Source: Heterodontus francisci
Taxonomy: Eukaryota
Assembly: GCF_036365525.1 (NCBI RefSeq)
Contig: NC_090393.1
Coordinates: 7,347,572 to 7,411,571, forward strand
Direction of reading: 5' to 3'
DNA: 64,000 nt
Positions 35,385 through 47,775 of this stretch are shown in pieces. The notes below the pieces were generated by a model that saw only the letters and a program-made list of their open reading frames with translations, searched no databases and had not been told where the DNA came from. Every line of letters starts with the position of its first letter. The first letter of the stretch is position 1. The position numbers and the translations under genes were made by a program.

Positions 35385-37392
35385 AGCCAAGTATCACAAG
35401 TTCCTGTAAAGGTGAAGGGTAGGACCAATAAGTCCAGGGAACCCTGGATGTCAAGAGATATAGAGTATTGGATAAGGAAAAAAAAGGAGGCTTATGGCAG
35501 ATTCAGAGGGCTGAAAACAGCGGAGACCCTAGAGGAGTATGGAAAGTGTGGGAGGGTACTTAAAAAAGTAATTAGGAGAGCGAAGAGGGGACATGAAGAA
35601 AGACTGGCGGGCAAGATAAAGGAAAATCCCCAGGTGTATTATAAGTATATTAAGGGCAAGAGGATAATGAGGGAAAGAGTCGGGCCCATTAGGGACCAAA
35701 GTTGCAATCTGTGTGTGGAGCCGGTAAGGTTTTAAATGATTACTTTTCATCTGGGTTCATTATGGAGAAGGACGATGTAGGTGTAGAGATCAGGGAGGGG
35801 GATTGTGATATACTTGAATAAATTAGCATTGAAAGGGAGGAGGTATTAGCAGTTTTAGCGGGCTTTAAAGTGGATAAATCCCCAGGCCCACATGAGATGT
35901 ATCCCAGGCTGTTATGTGAGGCAAGGGAGGAGATAGCAGGGGCTCTGACATAAATTTTCAAATCCTCTCTGGCCACAGGAGAGGTACCAGAGGACTGGAG
36001 AATGGTGAATGTGGTACCATTATTCAAGAAGGGTAGTAGGGATAAACCAGATAATTATGAGTCGAATGTCAGTGGTAGGGAAACTAGTGGAAAAAATTCT
36101 AAGGGGCAGGATTAATCTCCACTTGGAGAGACAGGGATTAATCGAGGATAGTCAGCATGGCTTTGTCAGGGGGCGATCGTGTATAACAAACTTGACTGAA
36201 TTTTTCGAAGAGGTGACTAGGTGTGTAGATGAGGGTAAAGCAGTTGATGCAGTCTTTATGGACTTCAGTAAGGCTTTTGATAAGGTCCCGCACGGGAGAT
36301 TGGTTAAGAAAGAGCCCATGGGATCCAAGGCAATTTGGCATATTGGATCCAAAATTGGCTTAATGGCAGGAGGCAAAGGGTAATGGTCGAGAGTTGTTTT
36401 TGCGAGTGGAAGCCTGTGACCAGTGGTGTACCACAGGGATCAGTGCTGGGACCCTTGCTGTTTGTTGTGTACATTAATGATTTAGATGTGAATATAGTAG
36501 GTAAGATCAGTAAGTTCACAGATGACACAAAGATTGGTGAGGAGGAAATAGTCAAGCGGAAAGCCTTAGATTACAGGACAAAATAGATGGGCTGGTCAGA
36601 TGGGCAGAGCAGTGGCAAATGAAATTTAATCCTGAGAAGTGTGAGGACTAACAAGGCAAGGGAATATACAATGGATGGTAGGACCCTAGGAAGTACAGAG
36701 AGTCAGAGGGACCTTGGTGTACTTGTCCATAGATCACTGAAGGTAGATAAGGTGGTTAGGAAGGCATATGGGATACTTGCAGAGGCATAGAATATAAGAG
36801 CAGGGAGGTTATGATGGAGCTGTATAAAACACTAGTTAGGCCACAGCTGGAGTACTGTGTACAGTTCTGGTCACCACACTATAGGAAGGATGTGATTGCA
36901 CTGGAGAGGGTGCGAGGAGATTCACCAGGATGTTGCATGGGCTGCAGCATTTCAGCTATGAAGAGAAACTGGATAGGCTAGGATTGTTTTCCTTAGAGCA
37001 GAGAAGGCTGAGGGGGGACCTGATTGAGGCATACAAAATTATGAGGGGCATAGATAGGTTAGATAGGAAGAAACATTTTCCCTTAGCAGAGGTGTCAATA
37101 ACTAGGGGGGCATAGATTTAAGGTAAGGGGCAGGGGGTTTAGAGGGGATTTGAGGATAGACATTTCACTCAGAGGGTGGTTGGAATCTGGAATACACTGC
37201 CTGAGGGGGTAGTAGATGCAGGAACCCTCACAACATTTAAGAAGTATTTAGATGAGCACTTGAAACGCCACAGCATACAAGGCTACGGGCCAAGTGCTGG
37301 AAAATGGGATTAGAATAGCTAGGTGCTTGATGGCCAGCACAGACACGGTGGGCCGAAGGGCCTGTTCCTGTGCTGTATAACTCTGACTCTAT
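35385..37392 (+). mobile_element. CR1 (HER1-like) LINE, 2 kb, degraded RT
   Basis: [63 protein letters not shown]; tail gggccgaagggcctgtt matches the HE1 tail. Lies between two parts of a minus-strand SINE (35270-35375 and 37395-37564). Confidence 0.93.
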
Positions 37393-37564
37393 GACCAAGG
37401 ACAACTGCCCTGCTCTTCTATGAAATAGTGGCTGTGGAATTTTGACATCCACCTGGGAGGGCAGATGGGGCCTCAGTTTAATATTTCATTTGAAAGATGG
37501 CACCTCCGCCAGTGCAGCACTCCCTCAGTACGACATAACATTATGTGCTCAAGTTTCTGTAGTA

Positions 37565-38544
37565 TGTGACAGAAACCACACATGCCAAATGGAAACATAT
37601 GAATTTCACCATATGGAACACTATTTGAACGCTGACTGGACATTGAAAATAACTTGTTTAAAAAGACCACAGAGAGTGGCTGAAAACATGGCTGCACATT
37701 TGCATTCTGAGAGACAGTTGCACAGAGAGACAATGGAAATGCCCCCTGATCCGATTAGCCAGATGGGTTTTGTCAATAGTGATGATCAAAAGACGTTGAG
37801 AGTCATTGAATGTGTAAAAGCCAGCATTCCACTTCCACCCACACCCCCCACTGAGTGTGTCTGGTAAGCTTTGAAGATTCAACAAACCGTTTCAAACAAA
37901 GAGCTAGTCACATGACTCACCTGCTAGCCAACCTGACAATTGATTGAATTGTGCTCACAGTAAAGTTTTGAGACAGACTGCTACTGAAGATCAAAAGAGA
38001 AGCAAAGTCTCTCTCTCTCTGTCTCCCTCTCATGCAAAGTTCCAGGGACCCACGGAAGTAACTTAAGCCTCAAGACAGAAGACCTCTGCAGCCTTCTGGT
38101 ATAGTGAAAAAAGTTTGAAAGTGTGCACTGGGCCCCAACGAGAACTGCAATATTTAACTTCAATCAAAGACTTTACATCCAACCCAAAACCAGTAACTGA
38201 ATTCCATCTACTACTTTAAACTTTCCCCTTTCATTCTTCCTCCTTCTCTGTATCTATTTGTGTGTGTGCTTATTGCGTATGCATGCTAGCATAGTCGTGT
38301 CACCTATTCTTAGTAGTTTTAAATGAGTTAGAGTTTTAAGGTTAATAAACTTACACCTTTCTTGTTTAAATCTGAGAAAACCTGTCTGGTTGATTCCTTT
38401 ACAATTACGATTAGAGAGCAGTGAGCAAGGACTCACTGAGGGGAAGCTACAAACATTGCATTTTAAAAGTTGAACCCTGTTACGGTCAAACCAGGAAAAG
38501 GCTGAGAGGGGAGCCCTAGACCCATTCCTCACCTGGTTATAACA
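37565..38544 (+). mobile_element. Solo LTR, 980 bp
   Basis: TGT...ACA termini, flanks agta/agtg (4-bp TSD with one mismatch), AATAAA at about 38344; interrupts the SINE motif ctcaagtttctg|agtgggac. Confidence 0.78.
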
Positions 38545-38549
38545 AGTGG

Positions 38550-38745
38550 GACAACTAACATCAATACAAAAGGATTATCTGGTCATTATCACATTGATGT
38601 TTGTGGGAGCTTGCTGGGCACAAATTGGTTGTCCTGTTTCCTACATTACAACAGTGACTACACTTCAAAAGTACTTCATTGGCTGTAAACCGCTTTGGGA
38701 CCTTCTGAGATCATGAAAAGTGTTACAGAAATGCAAGTATTTCTA
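38550..38745 (+). mobile_element. SacSINE1-like SINE, 3' part
   Basis: gattatctggtcattatcacattg...aaatgcaagt. Confidence 0.8.
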
Positions 38746-39224
38746 TCTATTATTGGAAATTATTTGACAATCTGTGTTGATTATATTCGGGTCTAAATAT
38801 AAACAGGCTCATTCTTTGGTCAATAGAGAAGCTAACCCACTTAAATTAAACAGTTCCATTAAACCTTCATTAGAACAGTAAACAAAGGAATGTCAGACGA
38901 TACATTAAGTGTTTGCTAATATAATCAACAGTGATTTTGAGTTTAATCTATATTAGAGGTAGCTTACCGACATTCTCATTTCATTAGAGATTTTTTATTA
39001 GACTTAGATTTACTGGACATGCCTTTTTCATAGGGTATTAAACCTTACTTAAACTTCAAAAACAATTATATTGAATTAATTTTCTGCAATGTAAAAACAT
39101 GATGTGGTTTTAATTTGAATAAACCTAGTCAGTATATGGAGGGATGGTAAATATTCCATGTTTTGGGAAGAACCACAACATTCATTTCAACTGCAGCATT
39201 GTTACTATATCTAGAAATGAGAAA

Positions 39225-39940
39225 TGTTAGTCTGACTCAGTAGGTCTCATGCTCAGCTCTGAGCTGGAAGGGTGTTGGATCAAGCCCCACATGCTTATGG
39301 TTGGCATGCCCAGTGCCAGTACTGAGGGAATGCTGCGTTGTCAGGGGTGCTGTCTTTCAAATGAGATGTTAAACCAGGCCCTGCCTGCTCTCTTGGGTGG
39401 ATGTAAAAGCTCCTATGACACTATTTTGACGAAGAGCAGGGGAGTTGTCGCTGGTGTCCTGGGACCACTATTTATCCCTCAACCAACATCATTAAAATAG
39501 TTGATCTGGTCATTTATTACATCGCTGTTTGTGGGAGCTTGCTATGCACAAATTGGCTGCTGTTTTCCTTACATTACAACAGTGACAGGGCTAAAATGTG
39601 GCGAGTCGAAGAGACTTAGTAGTTGGCAGGAAAAAAGACAGAAGCACAAGGGGAGAGCCAACTGTGCAACAGCCCCGACAAACAAATTTCTCTGCAGCAC
39701 CTGTGGAAGAGCCTGTCATTCTAGAATTGGCCTTTATAGCCACTCCAGGCGCTGCTTCACAAACCACTGACCACCTCCAGGCGCGTATCCATTGTCTCTC
39801 GAGATAAGGAGGCCCAAAAGAAAGAAAAGAAAGAAAGAAGACAACAGTGACCAATCTTCAAAAAGTACTTCAATGTCTGTAAAGCACTTTGAGACATCAA
39901 AGTGAGGTCGTGAAAAGCACTGTATAAAATGCAAGTCCAT
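39225..39940 (+). mobile_element. SacSINE1-like SINE, full length, hosting an RTE insertion
   Basis: Colinear on both sides of 39587-39840. Confidence 0.85.
39587..39840 (+). mobile_element. RTE LINE 3' fragment, 11-bp TSD
   Basis: FLCSTCGRACHSRIGLYSHSRRC; TSD acaacagtgac at 39576-39586 and 39841-39851. Confidence 0.95.
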
Positions 39941-40413
39941 ACCTTCTTTCTTTCTAGAACCACGAAGACACAATATGCATAAGCTTTCCATTTGAACTGC
40001 ATTGTCAACCCTTAAAGTACCAGGTGTTTTACAGGGTCAGGTCAGATTGGAGTGTAGAATCATTGTTCTGTTTTGGGACAGTGACCTCATTGAAAAGTGA
40101 ATGAATCCAACTGCTGCCTCATTGTCACCATTGGGATTTTGTTCACCTGCAGAAGCTCCTGTTATTCCTGAAGCAGTCACATTGCTTCCGGAGAAGAATT
40201 TGTTCCATCTGATGTTTTCTAATCACAGAGCCGACCTGCTCATCACTTGGTGCAAAGCAGTGAACTAAATCTAAAGAGACTGCAATTGCTATGGGATTCT
40301 GCAGGTATTTCTGGTAGAATCAGGGTCTTGAGGAAGCTAAAGATTGGTTCGAACATACATTTCTTCAATTCATTCTCGGGATGTGGGCATCGCTGGCAAG
40401 GTGAGCATTTAAT

Positions 40414-41047
40414 TTTTTTTTTCCAAAATATACTTTATTCATAAAATTTTATGAAAATTACATTGCCAAACAGTTTCAAACAGCACCAAAAAATACAAAC
40501 ATTGCAAGGGATATCATTTTCCTTCAATACTGTCATGAGTTTCTTCACAACCCTTCCATTTCACAATTGTCATGCCAATTACAGTTTTACCTTTACAGCA
40601 AATGAAAATAATAACGATACAGTTCGAGGGGTTTTCCATGGATCCAGCCCCTCAGTTCAGCTTGGTGGGGGGACCTTACACTGTGGTCTTTCCCCATTGA
40701 GCGTTTGCTGCGGCTGCCCCAAGCTTTAGTGCGTCCCTCAGCACGTAGTCCTGGACCTTGGAATGTGCCAGTCTGCAACATTCGGTCGTGGACAACTCTT
40801 TGCGCTGGAAGACCAGCAAGTTTCGGGCAGCCAAAGGGCGTCTTTCACCGAATTGATAGTCCTCCAGCAGCAGTTGATGTTTGTCTCGGTGTGCGTCCCT
40901 GGGAACAGCCCGTAGAGCACAGACTCCTGTGTTACAGAGCTGCTTGGGATGAACCTCGACAAAAACCACTGCATCTCTTTCCACACCTGCTTTGCACATT
41001 CCAGGAGGAGGTGGGCAACCGTCTCTTCCCCACCAAAGCCAAATGCT
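40414..41047 (-). mobile_element. Tx1/L1-clade LINE 3' fragment with poly(A), 17-bp TSD
   Basis: ETVAHLLLEC (end of zinc knuckle), WKEMQWFLSRFIP...VLYGLFPG; TSD caaggtgagcatttaat at 40397-40413 and 41048-41064. Confidence 0.85.
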
Positions 41048-41150
41048 CAAGGTGAGCATTTAATGCCCCTCCCAAGTTGCCCTGAGGAGTCAGTGATACA
41101 ACTGAGGGCTTGCTGGGCCGCTTCAGGGGGCAGTTACGAGACAATCACGT

Positions 41151-41655
41151 TAGAGTCATAGAGTTATACAGCACAGAAAAAGGCCCTTCAGCCCATCGTG
41201 TCCATGCCGGCCATCAAGCACCTATCTATTCTAATCCCATTTTCCAGTACTTGGCCCATAGCCTTGTATGCTATGGAGTTTCCAGTGCTCATCTAAATAC
41301 TTCTTAAATGTTGAGAGTACCTGCCTCTACCACCCCTTCAGGCAGTGTGTTCCAGATTCCAACCATGCTCTTGGTGAAATTTTTTTTCCTCAAATCCCCT
41401 CTAAACATCCTGCCCCTTACCTTAAATCTATGCCCCCCGTTATTGACACCTCTGCTAAGGGAAAAAGTTTCTTCCTACCTATGCCCCTCATAATTTTGTA
41501 TACCTCAATCAGGTCCTCCCGCAGTCTTCTCTGCTCTAAGGAAAACAACCCTAGCCGATACAGTCTCTCGTCATAGCTGAAATGCTCCAGCCCAGGCAAC
41601 ATCCTGGTGAATCTCCTCTGCACCCTCTCCTGTGCAATCACATCCTTCCTATGGA
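41151..41655 (-). mobile_element. CR1 (HER1-like) 3' end
   Basis: ERVQRRFTRMLPGLEHFSYDERL; inverted homolog of about 36885-37392. Confidence 0.9.
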
Positions 41656-41859
41656 AGGTTGTAGAAATTAGACTTGCTCTATTTTAGGTATGGACCTGAA
41701 GAGAGATTCAGAGACCAAAACCCAAAGAATCTGCTGCAGCTTTAAAGCCTTGATATGCTGGAGCCACAACAATCTTAATTTTCACACCAAGAGCTGTTTT
41801 TTCTGAAGGCAGTCGCATAGAATATGCGGGCTGCTGAACCCTGCCATCAGGCTAAACTG

Positions 41860-42440
41860 TGGGGTCAGATTTTATTCAAGTGACGGAGTTCTGGCAGAGG
41901 GCCGGAAGGTGGGAGAGAACTCGCCTCGGCCTTCTGTTGGACCCCCTTGCTATGTAATGGCGGGCAGCCAATTAACTGCCTGCCATCAGGGACACCATCC
42001 CTTTAAGGGACGAGCTCCTGCCCCCAGAGTTGCTGGCCAATTGGAGGGCGAAGCGGTAGCCACTGCCGAGACATTGGAGACCCCGGGACAGGTAAGTGAG
42101 GTTGGGGTCGCCAGGGCCGGTCAGGCAGGCCCCAGTGATGGGGTGGAATGGGAGGGGGTTAGTGAGGGTTGGAAGGTTCTTCTTGGCGGGGGGAACCCCA
42201 CCCTGACCCTGCTAGAAGGCCGCCAGGCATTACCTGGTGGTGTCCCCCTGTGACAGCGGGTTCCCTCCACCCTCAAGTGGGGGCAGGAAGAGCCCCGTAA
42301 GTGGCCATTAGATGGTCTGGGGCGGGAAAGCCATCCTTAGCCTTCCCCGCCCCAGACAAAATGGCAGGGATCACGGGCAACATTGAGAACAACACCCCTT
42401 GCCATTTTGTTTGCTCCCCCAACTCCGTGCCCGTCTCCTG
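41860..42440. mobile_element. GC-rich non-autonomous repeat
   Basis: Starts ggggtcagatttt; shares gctggccaat and agcggtagccactgc motifs with 46436-47113. Confidence 0.5.
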
Positions 42441-43199
42441 CCCATGGTCAGAAGCTCAGACTGTGTGAGAAACAGTCAGTCATTGTGATTTTCCCCCGGG
42501 TGGCCAATTAAACCCAGAGGGCAGGCTCGCCATCCAATTAAAAGCCATTCAGTTAGATCATGGCTTATCTGTATCTTAACTCCATCTACCCTCCTTAGTA
42601 CCTTAACCCTCAATACCCTCGCCAAACAAAAGCATTTTCTGTAAGAAATTTATCAAGTTTGCATTTGAATAAATCAATTCTACCTGCTTCCACCATCTCC
42701 CTAGGGAGGCTGCTCAGTAGGTATATTTTTAAAGTTTGATAGTGAGTAGATATTCCCCACAAAACAGAGGAGAGTTGGTCTCCAGGAAATTTGTGCAGTA
42801 CACTGAGGAATGACATCAGGTACATCAAAAATGAAAGCTGCCAGCAAAAGTGAGAAAAGATTTACAACGTGAAATACTTTGAGCGCAACAGAACCAGCAG
42901 TTGTGACAGAAAATTTCGACGATATTTCTTTGAAGGATTGTCATGATTCATTGCTGAATGGACTAAGGCAGCAGAACTGGAACTGATGTGTTAAATGGAG
43001 CTGTCAATGGTTTGTGGGTTGTGTTGTGGTGGGGGTGGTGAGGATGATGGGGTGGTGGGGTTGTGGGGGGGAGGCTTTTACACAATCTGAGGAGAAGGTG
43101 GTGTCATTCATTCAAGTGAGGTAAGGGGGTAAAATTCAATTTCTACAGCTGTGTGACACAGGCAGTGGTGGATTGGCAATCTGTTACATACTCCACCCA

Positions 43200-43410
43200 A
43201 TTACATAGAATTACATCGAATTTACAGCACTAAATACAGGCCATTCAGCCCAACTGGTCTGTGTTAGTGTTTATGTTCCACAAGAGCTTCCTCCCGTCCC
43301 TCTCCATTCCATCAGCATCACCTTCTATTCCTTTCTCCCTCGTGTGTTTATCCAGCTTCCCCTTAAATGCGTCTCTGCAATTCACCTCAACCACTCCCTA
43401 TGGTAGCAAT
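43200..43410 (-). mobile_element. CR1 3' tail
   Basis: tttacagcac...aggccattcagcccaactggtc. Confidence 0.75.
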
Positions 43411-43489
43411 GGAAAATGTCACACAGTGTTTTGCCCCTCTGCTCAAGTTGGATTTCAGGCCCAAAGAGTGTCTACTCAATCAGAAGGTG

Positions 43490-43855
43490 AGATCTTGCAT
43501 TTATGTGGGAACTAGTTCTGCAGTGTAATTTTGCAGTCACAATTTGCACAAGTCAAGGACCCACAAACCACATGGTATTGACCAGATAATCTGCTGTTGG
43601 CTCTGGGCAGATGGTTTTTCCAGGACATTGAGTGAACTCTGTTGAGCTTCTTCATATAGTCGCTTCTTGGTAAAGTGGATGGGAGTCTGCGTTTAACATC
43701 TCTTCCGAAAGACGGCACCTCCAACAGCACAGCACTCCATCAATGCTGCACTGGAAGCATACTTTGATGGTGTGACGTCTCTGGCATGGGGCTTGTACCC
43801 ACAACCCTCTGACTCAGAGTTTGAGAGTGCAAACCACTGAGCCACAGCTGACATT
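43490..43855 (-). mobile_element. SacSINE1-like SINE
   Basis: catctcttccgaaagacggcacctcc core; ccactgagccacagctgaca head. Confidence 0.75.
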
Positions 43856-43949
43856 TGTGAGGAAAGGCTCAGGGGACCTGGATTGGAGAGTGAAGTCAAA
43901 TAGACAGTGACTGTACTGAACACTCCAAACATTTACAGTGGCCCCATAC

Positions 43950-44222
43950 TTTTTCTGGCCTCTTGCACATCCCCAATTTTAATTGCTTCACCATTGGCGG
44001 CCATGTTTTCAGCTGCCTGGGCCCTAAGCTCTGGAATTCCCTCTCTAAACCGGTCCACCTCTCTACCTCCCTCGCCTTCTTGAACGCTGTTTAAAACCTA
44101 CCTCTTTAATCAAGCTCATGTCCTAATATCTCCTGATGTGGTGCAGTGTCAAATTTTGTCTGTTGGTTGCTCCTGTGAAGCACCTTGGGATATTTTACTG
44201 AGTTAAATGCAAGTTGTTGTTG
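43950..44222 (+). mobile_element. L2 3' end
   Basis: ccattggcggcc...ctctggaattccctc...gcaagttgttgttg. Confidence 0.8.
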
Positions 44223-44741
44223 CATCTGGCGATGAATTTCCTTGTGTTAAAGTGCTTATTGGTACATTGATAACCTGAAATCACAGCTATTTCATTCTAA
44301 CCAGGAGGTTACAGTTAGCTGAAGATTGCAGTGATTAAAGGTTCATTGCCTGAAATGTCATTATGCTGAAGACAAGATCCATCGCATGTCCCAGAACCTC
44401 AATGATTTCATAACTTTCCTTCCTCTTTATCAATAAACCATTTTTAAGAACCAGATAATTATATAGAGTGTATAAAAATATCAAAAATAATTATATTAAA
44501 TGAAAAGAATGAAAGCAATCCTTGTTCATTTAGTGTTGCCTGAGTGAGCCCCTCAGGAACAATTCATTTAGGACTTGTGATGACTGGTATATTATTAATG
44601 GCCTAATACTTAACACAGTCTTTCTGTCCACTATTTAATGGAGCTACTAAGCTCTTTATCTCAAATGAAAGAATATAAGAATATGTAATTTTTAAAGTCG
44701 ACTTGTTGTCTTGTCTAACATACAGTCGTGGATGAACAGGA

Positions 44742-44883
44742 TAAATAAAAGCAAAATACTGCAGATGCTGGAAATCTGAAATAAAAACAGAAAGTGCTGG
44801 AAATACTCAGCAGGTCAGACAGCATCTGTGGAGAGAGAAGCAGAGTTAACGTTTCAGGTCAGTGACCTTTCATCAGAACTGGA
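44742..44883 (-). mobile_element. Penelope-like pseudo-LTR fragment
   Basis: aaaagcaaaatactgcagatgctggaaatctgaaat...gttaacgtttcagg; homologous pieces at 32829, 55816 and 58145. Confidence 0.8.
44844..44880 (-). ncRNA. Minimal type I hammerhead ribozyme motif
   Basis: Minus strand reads AGUU-CUGAUGA-A-AGGUC(ACU)GACCU-GAAAC-GUU-AACU: core, stem II, palindromic ACGU stem III and 4-bp stem I. Confidence 0.72.
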
Positions 44884-45744
44884 TGAGCAGGAGTTGGCTC
44901 CACATAAATATTGGGAAGACTGAAGTCATTGTCTTCTATCCCCACAACAAACTCTGTCCCTTCATCACCAACTCCATCTGTCTCCCTGACAACTGTCTGA
45001 GGCTGACACCAGACTGTTTGCAACCTCACTGTCCTATGTGACCTTGAACTGAGTGTCCGATCACATATCTTGTCCATCATCAAAACCACCTACTTGCACC
45101 TCTGTAATATCACCCATCTCTGCCACTACTTCAGTAATCAGGGGCTGGGGTTATCCAGATCCCTGGGTCATCCACATTGCCACTACGAGGGATCCGCTAT
45201 CATCCCTCCAACGATAGACTATTTGAAGGGTGTCAATGGATTTTATTTATCCCCCTGAAAAGGCAAGTTGCCCCTTGGTTTAGCATCTCATCCAAAAGAT
45301 AGTACCTCCCAACAGTGCAGCACTGACGGAGTGCTGAAGTGCCAGCCTAGAGGATGGCCTCAAGTTTTTGGCGTGGAGCTCAAACTCGTGAGCTCAGAGG
45401 TGAGAGTGCAACCATTGAGCCAAGACTGACACTTAGCTCTTATTGGACAAAGCCTCAATAGAATGAAATATTAAGTTGGGGGAGGTTATTTTCTACATTG
45501 TCACGACATATTTAATACAAATTCTCATCACAACTGGCAACAAGTTACTATCTTATCACCGGACTTCCAACTATGTTCCATTTGGCCCTGAGAGATGTGA
45601 TTTAATATTAACTTTGTTGCTTTCAGTTTCATACTATTCAGCTTCGATCAGTTTGAAAACAAACAGGAGAATGCAGGGAAGTACTGACATAGGTTCAGTC
45701 AATAAGGTGTAAAAAGTATATGGGATCTATGGTTTTATAAATGG

Positions 45745-46190
45745 AGGGACAAACATTCTCAAACCCAGCCCCAACTGATCCACTTCTGGGTTTAAGGGAG
45801 ACAGTTGAGGGGCTGGCAGCCCCAATCCACTCCCAATAGGTGGAGCAGCCATGAAAATCTTTTAAGGCGGCTGTGTGCCTCATTTTAACACAATTTCTAC
45901 TTTTAACTCAGCGAGTTTGGGTTTTCCAGGGCCTCAGGAATCCGGGAGGTAAAAAAGGCAAGGAGAATCAAATTAATGAGGTAAGTGCCTTTACAGCACT
46001 GCTTGTGGGCCAGGTGGAACAGGAGAGTTTTCCTTCCAGTCACCTCCCAAAGCTAAGCCCCATGCAGTCGGACTCCCACCCACAATGATGTCCACCCCCT
46101 CTCCACCCACTCCTCGCCATGCTGTCGACTTACCTGACCTCCACTCCCCGACTGCTTTCCATCTGGACAGACAGCCAAGTCCTCTCAATT
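45745..46190. mobile_element. GC-rich non-autonomous repeat (family of 3730 and 58231)
   Basis: Shared cagcactgcttgtgggccagg block. Confidence 0.5.
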
Positions 46191-46435
46191 TCACCAAGCA
46201 GAGAAGTTATGTTAAACTTCTACCGAACCTTGATTAGACCACACCTCGAGTACTGTGAACAGTTTTGGTCTCCATATTATAAAAAGGATATTGAAGCACT
46301 GGAGAAGGCAAAACAAATCGTTACTACGACAACACCAGAACTGAGAGATAATATCTGTCAGGAAAGATTAAACAGGCTGGGGCTCTTTTCTCTGGAAAAG
46401 GGTGACCTGATAGAGATCTTAAGATTATAGAATCA

Positions 46436-47113
46436 GGGGCCAGAATTTTGTGTTGGGCTGGAGGCCCTGCCCACGAGCTGAAAAGTCAGTGGCGAGCCCG
46501 CCATTGCCGGGCCTGGGGAGCCATGCTGGGAATTTTCGCTCCCCGGGCCCTTCATTGGTCTTGGGCGGGACTTCCACCTCCTTGAGGCAGGAAGTCCCAC
46601 CTTATGGAGCTGTTGGCCAATCAGTGAGTCGGCAGCTGTTAGTCCCAGCAGCGCCAGCAGGAGCGGTGGCCATTGCTGGGACTACACCCAGCCATGGGAG
46701 GCAACCGGAAGGACGACCCCAGAACTCAGGTTGGCTTCTAGGGCCTTGCCGGGGACAATCAGCCAGGCCCGGCAAGGCAAGGGAGGGTCAGTTGGGGGGT
46801 GGGGAGTGTTGTGTGTTGGGGGTGTTTGTGGCTTTGGGGGCAGCCCTCCACAGGGTGCCCAATCAGGAGGGCTCCACACAGCCCGCAGGAAGGCCACCTG
46901 GTTTCAGCAGGCAGGGTTTTTGTGGCCTTTGCCATCCGACTACCGAGGGCAACATACCAGCGACGGCGTAGCAGTTTCTCGCCACCACCGTCCCATGTAA
47001 AATTGCAGGGGGGTGGCAGGAGGGGGTCGGGAATGGCCCCCGCCATCCACTCAATATTACGACCCCAACCCCCGCCACCAGCCCGCTCGTTGGGGGACTG
47101 TATAATTCCAGCC
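46436..47113. mobile_element. GC-rich non-autonomous element with terminal inverted repeats
   Basis: ggggccagaatttt...ataattccagcc termini; sits in the (atagartc)n tail of the minus-strand CR1. Confidence 0.6.
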
Positions 47114-47602
47114 ATAGAGTCATAACGGAACAGAAGGAGGCCATTCGGCCCATTGGGTCCATGCTGTCTCTCCATAGAGCAATCTAGTCAGTCCCGTTCC
47201 CCCGATCCATCTCCGAGCCCTGCTAGATTATTTTTCTCAAGTACCCATCCAATTTCCTTTTGAAATCATTCATCGTCTCCACTTCCATCATCCTCGTGGG
47301 CAGTGTTCCAGGTCATTATCACCCGCTGTGTAAAAAAGTTCTTCCTCACATTCCCCCCGCATCTTTTGCTCAAAACCTTAAATCTATATCCCTAGTCCTT
47401 GTACCATCAGCTAATGGGAACAGATTTTCTTTGTCTCCCTTATCTAAACCTGGCATAATCTTGTACATCTCTATCAAATCTCCCCTCAATCTCCTTTGCT
47501 CCAAGGAGAACAACCCCAGCTTCTCCAACCTAACCTTGTAGCTAAAATCCCTCATCCCTGGAACCATTCTGGTAAATCTCCTCTACACCCTCTCAAGGAC
47601 AC
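47114..47602 (-). mobile_element. CR1 3' end
   Basis: MVPGMRDFSYKVRLEKLGLFSLEQRRLRGDLIEMYK. Confidence 0.88.
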
Positions 47603-47775
47603 TTATGAAAGGGTGTGATGGTGTAGACATAGAGATGTTTCCACTTGCGGAGACACCACAACTTTTAGCCATAAACATATGAGAGTCACTAATGAATTCA
47701 ATAGGGAATTCAGAAGAAACTTCTTTATCTAAAGAGTGCTGAGGATGTGGAACTCGCTACCTCAGGAAGTAGTTG

